Position numbers and translations under genes: made by a program | In this document: positions 1-7,381 of the stretch, one piece after another | Numbering within the stretch: the stretch's first letter is position 1 | How the letters are laid out: every line of letters starts with the position of its first letter | From: Acetivibrio thermocellus ATCC 27405 | GTDB taxonomy: Bacteria; Bacillota; Clostridia; Acetivibrionales; Acetivibrionaceae | Reading direction: 5' to 3' | DNA: 24,000 bases | NCBI RefSeq assembly: GCF_000015865.1 | Contig: NC_009012.1 | Coordinates: 1,891,081 to 1,915,080, forward strand | The notes under the pieces: generated by a model | What the model saw: only the letters and a program-made list of their open reading frames with translations | Databases searched by the model: none | What the model was told of the DNA's origin: nothing

Positions 1-455
1 CACAAAATTTAATTACCGGCATTTCAAAGAGCCTTGGCAATATTATCACCTTTTTTAATGTATTTGCATTGGTGCTTTTGGGCGTAACCTTGGTAATTTT
101 GACGGTGGTATTTTCAGCCTCAGCCAATGAACGAAAAAAGGAATTTGCTATTATGAGGATACTGGGGGCCACAAGGAAAAAGCTTGCTGCCGTTTTGATT
201 TGGGAGTCGCTGTATATCAGTGTGTCAGGCGGTGCTATAGGAACTATACTTGCGGCAATATTTGTATTTCCCTTTAACGTTTTCATTGGTGACAGCATAG
301 GATTGCCTTACATACAGCCTTCTCTTCTTTGGATTATAGCTATTTTACTGGGAACATTACTCGTGGCTTTTTCCCTTGGCCCAATTGCTTCAGCCTATTC
401 TGCCGTTAAAGTCAGCCGTTCCCAAACTTATCTGACATTAAGGGAGGGTGAGTAG
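1..455 (+). CDS. ABC transporter permease, FtsX/MacB-type, C-terminal part (5' end lies outside the window)
   Basis: The frame starting at base 3 is open up to the TAG at 453-455. The ORF-track piece 69..455 only begins at an internal TTG. The protein is hydrophobic with TM segments flanking the cytoplasmic loop 'ERKKEFAIMRILGATRKKL', which is typical of FtsX-domain permeases. The next gene is an ABC ATPase. Confidence 0.75.
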   Translation, partial: QNLITGISKSLGNIITFFNVFALVLLGVTLVILTVVFSASANERKKEFAIMRILGATRKKLAAVLIWESLYISVSGGAIGTILAAIFVFPFNVFIGDSIGLPYIQPSLLWIIAILLGTLLVAFSLGPIASAYSAVKVSRSQTYLTLREGE

Positions 456-456
456 A

Positions 457-1128
457 ATGCTGCTTGAAGTAAGTAATCTCAGTAAGGAATATATCCGGAG
501 CAACCGGCCGTTTTTCGCAGTCAGGGACGTTCATTTGAAAATGAAAGCAGGTGATTTTGCCATTATTATCGGCCGTTCCGGCAGCGGAAAGACTACCCTC
601 TTGAATCTAATCGGCGGACTGATTTCTCCAACCGGCGGTCATGTCAGTATTGACGGCTGTGATATCATGTCCCTGAAGGACAGGGAATTGTCTTCGTTTC
701 GCAACTCCTATATAGGCTATATACCGCAAGGACACAGTATTTTATCGAATTTGTCCGTTTTCGATAACGTCCGTTTGCCGCATTATTTACAAAAACGTCA
801 AGGAGATGTAAATAAGAGAGCCCTATCCCTTTTGGAGCAGGTCGGCATTGCACATTTGGCCAATGCCTATCCACAGCATTTGTCCGGGGGTGAACTTAGG
901 CGGGTCACCATAGCCAGGGCACTTATGAATAAACCGAAACTTCTTTTGGCCGATGAACCTACAAATGATTTGGATGCGCAGACTACTTATGAAGTTATGC
1001 AACTGTTTTCCGATATCGCCAATGAAGGTACGGCGGTTCTGTTGGTTACCCATGATCTTAGTACCATTCACTATGGAAAACATGTTTATCAAATGGACAA
1101 CGGAAAATTAAAATCCCATAATACATAG
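457..1128 (+). CDS. ABC transporter ATP-binding protein (MacB/LolD-like)
   Basis: Walker A 'GRSGSGKTT', signature 'LSGGELRR' and Walker B 'LLLADEPT' are present. ATG 457 lies 9 nt after GGAGG (443-447), so I prefer it to the ORF-track GTG at 448. Confidence 0.9.
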   Translation: MLLEVSNLSKEYIRSNRPFFAVRDVHLKMKAGDFAIIIGRSGSGKTTLLNLIGGLISPTGGHVSIDGCDIMSLKDRELSSFRNSYIGYIPQGHSILSNLSVFDNVRLPHYLQKRQGDVNKRALSLLEQVGIAHLANAYPQHLSGGELRRVTIARALMNKPKLLLADEPTNDLDAQTTYEVMQLFSDIANEGTAVLLVTHDLSTIHYGKHVYQMDNGKLKSHNT

Positions 1129-1155
1129 CATTCATATAAGTTTAATAAAAAATGC

Positions 1156-1184
1156 TTGACATTGTATATAGAAAAGTGTAATAT
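1156..1184 (+). promoter_or_regulatory. Sigma-A type promoter: TTGACA (1156-1161), 17-nt spacer, TAATAT (1179-1184)
   Basis: This is read directly from the sequence. The -35 hexamer is perfect, the spacer is exactly 17 nt, and the -10 hexamer matches TATAAT at 4 of 6 positions with TG just upstream. It sits about 50 nt before the GNAT start, in the only gap upstream of the nif-like block. Confidence 0.55.
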
Positions 1185-1232
1185 TTTAAAACATACTAAT
1201 CATATATGTTTAATACAAAAGGGGTGGTTTTT

Positions 1233-1772
1233 ATGGACTTACATATTAGAGAAGCGGATATATCTGACAGTGCATTGGTGCTTTCGTTTATTAAAGAACT
1301 TGCAGAATTTGAGGGGATGGGCAAAGAGGTTACAACGACTGAAGCAGAGCTTCGGGAATCCCTTTTTCAAAAAAGACAGGCAAATGTTTTAATAGCTGAA
1401 ATTGACGGTAATCCCGCAGCCTTTGCACTGTTTTATCCCGTATATTCCACCTTCTCCGGACGGCAAAACCTCTTTTTAGAAGACCTGTTTGTGAAAGAAG
1501 AATATCGAGGTAAGGGTATTGGTAAAGCACTTATGAAACAGCTTGCAAAGAAAGCTTTGCAAATGGGTGCGAAACGTCTTGACTGGTATGTACTTGAGGA
1601 CAATAAAAGCGGCTCAAGGTTTTATAAGCATCTGGGGGCAGTTCCCCTTTTAGACCGGCGTACATATCGAATGAGTGAAAAAAGTTTGGAATCTTTAGCG
1701 AACGGAGTGATGACAAATGTCAAAAATAAATTTATCCCTTCCGGAAGTACAGATAAGGGAAATTCGTATTAA
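1233..1772 (+). CDS. GNAT N-acetyltransferase, spermidine/spermine (SSAT)/thialysine acetyltransferase-like
   Basis: The motifs 'IREADISD..LSFIKELAEFEGM', 'LFLEDLFVKEEYRGKGIGKALM' and 'SRFYKHLGA' follow the SSAT-family pattern (IKELAxYE, YLEDFFV..YRGxGIG, FYKxxGA). The start is placed at ATG 1233 after 'AAGGGGTGG'. The 3' end overlaps the next gene by 56 nt. Confidence 0.85.
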   Translation: MDLHIREADISDSALVLSFIKELAEFEGMGKEVTTTEAELRESLFQKRQANVLIAEIDGNPAAFALFYPVYSTFSGRQNLFLEDLFVKEEYRGKGIGKALMKQLAKKALQMGAKRLDWYVLEDNKSGSRFYKHLGAVPLLDRRTYRMSEKSLESLANGVMTNVKNKFIPSGSTDKGNSY

Positions 1773-3192
1773 TTCAATAACGGGTTATCAGGGAGATGCT
1801 AAGGAACTGGTAGAAGCCCGCGAATTCGGTCTGAAGGATAAAGAACGTTCCTTTAGCCAATGCCTGGGCTGTGCTACCTCAAAAGCGGCCTGTATGACTG
1901 TGTTAATTCAGGACGCTGCAGTCATCAGCCATGGACCGGTGGGCTGTGCTTCCTGTCTGCATGAATTTGCCTTTACCTATCGGGTGAATTATCCTTTGCG
2001 CGGTATTGAACGTCCCACACCACGCCGTATCTTTTCCACCAATCTAAAGGAAAAGGATACAGTTTACGGAGGAAATATAAAGCTTGCCAATACCATTCGA
2101 GAGGTATATGAGAGAACGCATGCCAACGCTATTTTTGTATTGACCACATGCGCTGCCGGAATTATCGGCGATGATGTGGAAAGCGTTTGCAACGAAGCCG
2201 AGGAAGAGTTGGGAATACCGGTGGTAGCCATCTTTTGCGAAGGTTTTCGTTCCAAAGTATGGACCACAGGTTTTGACGCTGCTTACCACGGCATTGCACG
2301 CAAGCTGATTCAAAAACCCCGGAGGCGGCGGGATGACATGATCAATGTAATCAATTTCTGGGGCAGCGATGTGTTTTACGAATGGTTTGCTCCCTTTGGA
2401 GCAAAACCCAATTACATAATCCCTTTTTCTACAGTGAACGGATTAAAATATGCCAGCGAGGCCGCTGCCACCGTCCAGGCTTGCTCCACGCTGGGAAGCT
2501 ACCTGGGAGCAGTGCTGGAACAGGATTTTGGTGTTCCCGAAATTCCTGCCGCCCCACCCTACGGTATTGCACAAACGGATAGATGGTTCAGGGCGTTGGG
2601 AAAGATCCTCGGCAAAGAAGAAATTGCTGAAAAAATCATTGCGGAAAAAAAGAAAGAGTATCTGCCCAAAATTGAAGCTCTACGGGAAAAATTGGCCGGA
2701 AAAACGGCTTATGTAACAGCAGGTGCTGCCCATGGCCATGCGTTGCTGGATGTGCTGGGAGAGCTTGGCATTAAAGCAGTCGGTGCAGCGATTTTCCATC
2801 ACGACCCCATCTATGACAGCGGACGTGAGGAAAACGACCAACTGGCTCAGCGCGTAGCCGATTATGGAAATGTTTTTAACTACAATGTTTGCAACAAGCA
2901 GGAGTTTGAGCTGGTCAATGCCTTAAACCGCCTCCGTCCCGATGTATTGCTGGCCCGGCATGGCGGCATGACTCTCTGGGGAGCAAAACTGGGCATTCCG
3001 TCACTTTTAATTGGCGATGAACATTACTCCATGGGTTATGAAGGTCTGGTCAATTACGGTGAGCGTATTTTAGAAGTTATTGAAAACGATGAATTTGTAA
3101 AAAACCTCGAAAAGCATGCCATCAATCCATACACCAAATGGTGGCTTGAGCAGCCGCCGTATTATTTCCTGAAAGGAGGTACCGGTAAATGA
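1717..3192 (+). CDS. Nitrogenase-like component 1 alpha subunit (NifD/NifE family; MarD/NflD-like)
   Basis: 491 aa. 'LGC(52)ATSK', 'SHGPVGC(77)' and 'LTTC(145)AAGIIGDD' match the three alpha P-cluster cysteine motifs. 'CEGFR' is identical to NifD. 'VQAC(256)STLGSY..FGVP' aligns by eye residue-for-residue with NifD 'VHC(275)YRSMNY..YGIP'. There is a GGAG RBS, and a 4-nt ATGA overlap with the next gene. Confidence 0.9.
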   Translation: MSKINLSLPEVQIREIRINSITGYQGDAKELVEAREFGLKDKERSFSQCLGCATSKAACMTVLIQDAAVISHGPVGCASCLHEFAFTYRVNYPLRGIERPTPRRIFSTNLKEKDTVYGGNIKLANTIREVYERTHANAIFVLTTCAAGIIGDDVESVCNEAEEELGIPVVAIFCEGFRSKVWTTGFDAAYHGIARKLIQKPRRRRDDMINVINFWGSDVFYEWFAPFGAKPNYIIPFSTVNGLKYASEAAATVQACSTLGSYLGAVLEQDFGVPEIPAAPPYGIAQTDRWFRALGKILGKEEIAEKIIAEKKKEYLPKIEALREKLAGKTAYVTAGAAHGHALLDVLGELGIKAVGAAIFHHDPIYDSGREENDQLAQRVADYGNVFNYNVCNKQEFELVNALNRLRPDVLLARHGGMTLWGAKLGIPSLLIGDEHYSMGYEGLVNYGERILEVIENDEFVKNLEKHAINPYTKWWLEQPPYYFLKGGTGK

Positions 3193-4532
3193 GTAGATCC
3201 GGATTGATTGAACAAGAACGTTTTACCTGTGCAATCGGTGCTTTGCAAACCGTGGTGGCTATTCCGCGGGCCGTGCCGATTCTTCATTCCGGTCCCGGCT
3301 GCGGCGAGATGATTGCCGGATTTTTTGAACGGTCAACGGGATACGCCGGCGGTTCCACATCTCCCTGCACAAACTTTACAGAAAAAGAAGTTGTGTTTGG
3401 CGGAATCAACCGGCTGAGGGATATTATAGAAAACACCTACAAAGTATTGGATACGGATTTGCAGGTGGTTCTGACCGGCTGCACCGCCGGTATTGTCGGA
3501 GACGATGTGGACAGCCTTGTTTCTGAATTTGCCCAAAAGGGTAAGCCGATTGTATCCGTGGAAACTGCAGGATTTAAGGCCACCAACTTTGAAGCTCACA
3601 GCCTTGTGGTTAATGCCATTATAGATCAATATGTAAGCCGGTTTGAAGATGAGAATAAGCCAAAATCGCAAAAAAACACAGTGAATCTTATAGCCTCCAT
3701 TCCGTATCAGGATCCGTTTTGGAAGGGTAATCTGGCCGAATACAAGCGTCTGCTTGCCGGTATTGGGCTTAAAGCCAATGTTTTATTCGGACCCCAGTCG
3801 GGAGGTGTAAAAGAGTGGCAGTCCATACCGACAGCACTTTTCAATATTTTAGTTTCCCCATGGTACGGAAAACCCATTGCGGATCACCTCAAATCCAAAT
3901 ACGGGCAGGAATATACATGGTTTCATCACATTCCCATAGGTGCCAATCAAACCGAGGCGTTCCTTAATCAAGTTGTGGAATTTGCCATCGAACAAGGAGC
4001 AGATATTGACAAAGAATCAGCCCAGGAGTTTATCCGTCACGAGTCCCATGCCTACTATGAGGAGATTGATAACCTTGCCACCTTCCTTTTGGAGTTTCGC
4101 TACGGTCTTCCCAACCATGCCCATATCCTTCATGACGCGGGATATGTCGTCGCACTGTCTAAGTTTTTGCTGCACGAGGTGGGAATTGTACCAAAGGAAC
4201 AATTTATTACCGATGCTACACCGGAAAAATTCCATGAAGCCATTCGCGCCGATTTGAAAAGCACCAGCGATAAAAAGGAAATTCCGCTTTATTTTGAGCC
4301 CGATGCGGGAAAGGCGCAGGAGATTCTTAGGGGAATCCATCATAAAGGAAGGGGTCTTATCATCGGTTCAGGATGGGATAAGGAACTGGCAAAAGAAAAA
4401 GGCTATGATTTCCTTTCAGCTGCTTTACCTTCTCCCTACCGGTTGGTCTTGACAACCAATTACGCAGGATTTACAGGAGGGCTTCGGGTTATAGAGGACA
4501 TCTACCAGACGGTTCTTTCAACCTATGCATAA
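3189..4532 (+). CDS. Nitrogenase-like component 1 beta subunit (NifK/NifN family; MarK/NflK-like)
   Basis: 447 aa. 'FTC(14)AIGA', 'LHSGPGC(38)' and 'LTGC(98)TAGIVGDD' match the three beta P-cluster cysteine motifs of NifK; NifN keeps only one of them. The gene is translationally coupled to the alpha gene. Confidence 0.9.
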   Translation: MSRSGLIEQERFTCAIGALQTVVAIPRAVPILHSGPGCGEMIAGFFERSTGYAGGSTSPCTNFTEKEVVFGGINRLRDIIENTYKVLDTDLQVVLTGCTAGIVGDDVDSLVSEFAQKGKPIVSVETAGFKATNFEAHSLVVNAIIDQYVSRFEDENKPKSQKNTVNLIASIPYQDPFWKGNLAEYKRLLAGIGLKANVLFGPQSGGVKEWQSIPTALFNILVSPWYGKPIADHLKSKYGQEYTWFHHIPIGANQTEAFLNQVVEFAIEQGADIDKESAQEFIRHESHAYYEEIDNLATFLLEFRYGLPNHAHILHDAGYVVALSKFLLHEVGIVPKEQFITDATPEKFHEAIRADLKSTSDKKEIPLYFEPDAGKAQEILRGIHHKGRGLIIGSGWDKELAKEKGYDFLSAALPSPYRLVLTTNYAGFTGGLRVIEDIYQTVLSTYA

Positions 4533-4545
4533 GGAGGGCGACCGT

Positions 4546-4881
4546 ATGAGTTACCGTATTGGATTTGCCAGTATTGACGGCACTGTTATTGATCAACACT
4601 TTGGCTCGGCCAGATACTGGCAGATATATGATGTGGATAAAGAGGCGCGTTTTGTGGAGACCCGAAAAACGGCCGCCAAATGTCAGGGTCATTGCGAAGG
4701 CGGATTTGACCATCTTCTTTCAGTGTTGGAGGACTGTGATGCAATATTTGTTTTGAAAATAGGTCAGGCTGCGGCAGCTGTTATGATAGCCAAAGGCAAA
4801 AGAGTCTTTGAAGCAACCGGTGAAGTGGAAGAGATCCTTGCCCAACTGGTCGGTGGCCGCTTGCATGAAGAAGGCGGTTAA
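4546..4881 (+). CDS. NifX/NafY/NifB-C-terminal type dinitrogenase FeMo-cofactor-binding domain protein
   Basis: About 111 aa. 'RIGFASIDGTVIDQHFGSARYWQIYDV' is the hallmark N-terminus of the Nitro_FeMo-Co domain. ATG 4546 follows AAGGAGG; the ORF-track start 4525 has no RBS. Confidence 0.85.
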   Translation: MSYRIGFASIDGTVIDQHFGSARYWQIYDVDKEARFVETRKTAAKCQGHCEGGFDHLLSVLEDCDAIFVLKIGQAAAAVMIAKGKRVFEATGEVEEILAQLVGGRLHEEGG

Positions 4882-4893
4882 GGAGGAAGTTTT

Positions 4894-5769
4894 ATGGCAT
4901 TTACATATGAAGATCTGAAAAAAAATCATCCCTGTTTTGCGGCGGGAGCTAAAAACAATAAGGGTCGTGTTCATTTGCCGGTATCTTACGGGTGCAATAT
5001 TGCCTGCAATTTTTGCAAGCGTGACATCAACGATACGGATAACCGTCCCGGGGTTGCAAGCGGAATAATCACACCACAGGAAGCTGTAGATGCAGTGAGA
5101 AGAGCGGTGGAACTTTGCCCCGATATTACTGTAGCGGGAGTGGCCGGACCGGGTGATACCCTGGCAACACCTTATGCACTGCAGACCTTTCGCCTTATCA
5201 AGCAGGAATTCCCTCATATTATAAAATGCATGAGCACCAACGGCCTTCTTCTGCCGGAATACGCTGATGAGATTATTGATGTGGGCATTGACAGCCTGAC
5301 TGTTACCGTCAATGCAGTTGACCCGGAAATACAGGCACAGATTTGCGAGGGTATTGTCTATCATGGTAAGCGCTATACAGGAATTGAAGCCGCAAAAATT
5401 CTTATTCAAAATCAACTTGCCGGAATTAAGAAAGTATCCCAATCAGGAATAACCATAAAAGTAAATACAGTGTTAATCCCGGAGATCAACGCGGATCATG
5501 TGGTGGAAGTGGCAAAGACTGTTGCACAGCACGGAGCAAAAATCTATAACATTATTCCGCTGATTCCCCAGCACAAGCTTAGCTGGTGCAGCACACCGGG
5601 ATGTGATCTCATCAGCAAAGTGAGGTCAGAAGCCCAGGCCTATATCAATGTATTCCGGCATTGCCAGCGTTGTAGAGCAGATGCTGCCGGAATTCCAGGC
5701 GGTAAGGATATATCCTCAAGTTTATATATTAGGCCTGTAAAATTGGAAAATACCTTTTCCCATGGCTAA
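4894..5769 (+). CDS. nifB: NifB-type radical SAM enzyme (nitrogenase cofactor core/NifB-co synthase homolog; MarB-like)
   Basis: The motifs 'HPCF', 'GRVHLPVSYGCNIACNFC..RPGV' (CxxxCxxC), 'CMSTNG' and the C-terminal 'RHCQRCRADAAG' reproduce the NifB SAM-cluster and auxiliary K-cluster ligand motifs. There is no fused NifX domain. A strong RBS (TAAGGAGG) precedes the start. Confidence 0.88.
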   Translation: MAFTYEDLKKNHPCFAAGAKNNKGRVHLPVSYGCNIACNFCKRDINDTDNRPGVASGIITPQEAVDAVRRAVELCPDITVAGVAGPGDTLATPYALQTFRLIKQEFPHIIKCMSTNGLLLPEYADEIIDVGIDSLTVTVNAVDPEIQAQICEGIVYHGKRYTGIEAAKILIQNQLAGIKKVSQSGITIKVNTVLIPEINADHVVEVAKTVAQHGAKIYNIIPLIPQHKLSWCSTPGCDLISKVRSEAQAYINVFRHCQRCRADAAGIPGGKDISSSLYIRPVKLENTFSHG

Positions 5770-5839
5770 AAGTTGCGCAATTGAAAGCTTAAGAGTTTGT
5801 TAATGATATTGCCCTATATATTGTGCAGGTTGAAAGTAA

Positions 5840-5886
5840 ACATGATTGAAAACAGATGAACAGAGAGAAGTTTACATGATTGAAAA
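5840..5886. repeat. Perfect 13-nt direct repeat ACATGATTGAAAA (5840-5852 and 5874-5886)
   Basis: This is read directly from the sequence. The two copies start 34 nt apart, inside the only large gap (271 nt) of the nif-like block. Related TTGAAA cores also occur at 5781 and 5830. Confidence 0.6.
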
Positions 5887-5966
5887 AAATAAAAAATTGG
5901 CAGCAGCAAGTGTAACTTGATGAAATAAAGCTGTATATTTATCAATCCTTTAGGAGGTGGTTTGAT

Positions 5967-6056
5967 ATGTGTAGTGACTGTGACATGACGGAAATGCCCC
6001 GATGTATACTTTCAAATTTATTTATAGGAGGAGATTTAACATGGCAAACGAATTAG
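5967..6056 (+). CDS. Candidate 29-aa Cys/Met-rich leader peptide (MCSDCDMTEMPRCILSNLFIGGDLTWQTN) overlapping the metY start
   Basis: The ATG lies 9 nt after GGAGG (5953-5957). Six of the first 13 codons are Cys or Met. The ORF reads across the metY Shine-Dalgarno (about 6027-6032) and the metY ATG (6041) and stops at 6054-6056. It is too short to appear in the ORF track, so this is hypothetical. Confidence 0.3.
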   Translation: MCSDCDMTEMPRCILSNLFIGGDLTWQTN

Positions 6057-7357
6057 AAAAAACTGCATATCGGTTTGATACTCAAAGACTGCGGGCAGGC
6101 TATGATCCAAAGGAGCATAACTATGCCGTATCGCCGCCCATTTATCAGACCACTTCCTTTGACTTTCGCGATGTAGAGCATGCAAAAGCTTTATTTGGAC
6201 TTCGCGAATTGGGAAACCTTTATACCCGCATTGGAAATCCTACGGTTGCTGTACTGGAGCAACGGGTAGCGGCCCTTGACGGAGCCAGCGGTGCAGTGGC
6301 ACTGGCTTCCGGCATGGCAGCTATCAGTTATACTCTGCTCAATGTTGCAGAGGGCGGAGGTCGTATTTTGACTTCTCCCTATCTCTATGGCGGCAGTGCG
6401 GACAGTTTTAAAAAAGTTTATCCTAAATTTGGTATAACCTTCGATTTTGCTAAAAATATAGAAAATCCTGAAAAGCTTTCGGAAGAAATTAAGCCCGATA
6501 CCAAAGCAATCTATGTGGAAAGCATCAGCAATCCCAATGCCGCTCTTTTGGACATTGATGCGATTGCGAAAGTCGCCCATGAACATGGCATACCTCTGAT
6601 TGTAGACAATACAGTTGCAACGCCGTACTTGTATAACCCTATTTCCCATGGGGCCGACATTGTGGTCTACTCTGCGACCAAAGGATTGACGGGACACGGA
6701 AACGTTATTGCCGGACTGGTGCTGGAAAGCGGTAAATTCAACTGGCAGAGCGATAAATTCCCTCAGTTTTCGGAAAAGTATTATACCCTGCGGGACATTA
6801 ACGATAACTACCGCAGTTTTCTTGAAGTATTTCCGGAGGCTCCGTTTACCGGCAGGATACGCTTTAACTATCTCAACTACTTTGGAGCGGCATTATCGCC
6901 TTTTGATGCCTACCTTGTTTTAATCGGATTGGAAACCCTGTCTGAGCGCGTTGAAAAACAAGTGCGTAATGCCAGTATCCTGGCGGAATACCTAAAATCC
7001 CACAAGTCGGTGGAATGGGTTCGTTACCCCGGTTTGAAGGATAGCCCCTATTATGAGCTGGCACAAAGGGATTTCCCAAAAGGAGCGGGAGGAATCCTGT
7101 CATTCGGTTTCAAAGGGACAACGGCTCAAAGGGAAACTTTCTTGAACTCAGTGAAACTCTTTCATTATCATGTCAATATTGGGGATGCCCGCAGCCTGAT
7201 TGTAAATTCTCCGCAAACCACCCATAGTGAACTGGAGCCTGATGAGAAAAAATTTGCCGATATTCCGGAAAACTTAATTCGCATATCGGCAGGACTGGAA
7301 GATCCGGCAGATTTAATAGCTGATTTGGAACAGGCGTTTGAAAAGGCATATATATAA
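6041..7357 (+). CDS. metY: O-acetylhomoserine (thiol)-lyase / O-acetylhomoserine sulfhydrylase, PLP-dependent
   Basis: The sequence shows the Cys/Met-metabolism PLP enzyme pattern: 'YTRIGNPT', 'ESISNP', 'DNTVATPYL' and 'YSATKGLTGHG' (PLP lysine), with a length of about 438 aa. ATG 6041 follows AGGAGG; the ORF-track start 6002 adds 13 residues with no RBS. Confidence 0.9.
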   Translation: MANELEKTAYRFDTQRLRAGYDPKEHNYAVSPPIYQTTSFDFRDVEHAKALFGLRELGNLYTRIGNPTVAVLEQRVAALDGASGAVALASGMAAISYTLLNVAEGGGRILTSPYLYGGSADSFKKVYPKFGITFDFAKNIENPEKLSEEIKPDTKAIYVESISNPNAALLDIDAIAKVAHEHGIPLIVDNTVATPYLYNPISHGADIVVYSATKGLTGHGNVIAGLVLESGKFNWQSDKFPQFSEKYYTLRDINDNYRSFLEVFPEAPFTGRIRFNYLNYFGAALSPFDAYLVLIGLETLSERVEKQVRNASILAEYLKSHKSVEWVRYPGLKDSPYYELAQRDFPKGAGGILSFGFKGTTAQRETFLNSVKLFHYHVNIGDARSLIVNSPQTTHSELEPDEKKFADIPENLIRISAGLEDPADLIADLEQAFEKAYI

Positions 7358-7381
7358 TTTCGTAAAGGGGTGTGTTTTATC

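Noticed and set aside
1717-4532. The D/K-like pair as the NifE/NifN cofactor scaffold (nifENXB order)
   Set aside because: The gene order E-N-X-B makes this tempting, and the C-terminal 'EHxxxGYxG' resembles NifE. However, the beta-like protein keeps all three NifK P-cluster cysteines, whereas NifN keeps one. No nifDK client genes are nearby. Phylogeny is still needed to settle this.
4720-5442. A 240-aa ORF on the minus strand
   Set aside because: It lies entirely antisense to the well-supported NifB-like gene. It has no RBS and no recognisable motif, and its composition is typical of a shadow ORF.
5770-6040. An S-box (SAM-I) or T-box riboswitch upstream of metY, and likewise at 1129-1232 upstream of the operon
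   Set aside because: I looked for the conserved S-box core elements and the T-box 'AGGGTGGTACCGCG'-type box and found neither. The 1185-1232 leader is too short to hold one. A covariance-model scan would be decisive.
6002-6040. The N-terminal extension of the metY ORF (MYTFKFIYRRRFN)
   Set aside because: AGGAGG lies directly before ATG 6041, and the extension would include its own Shine-Dalgarno.
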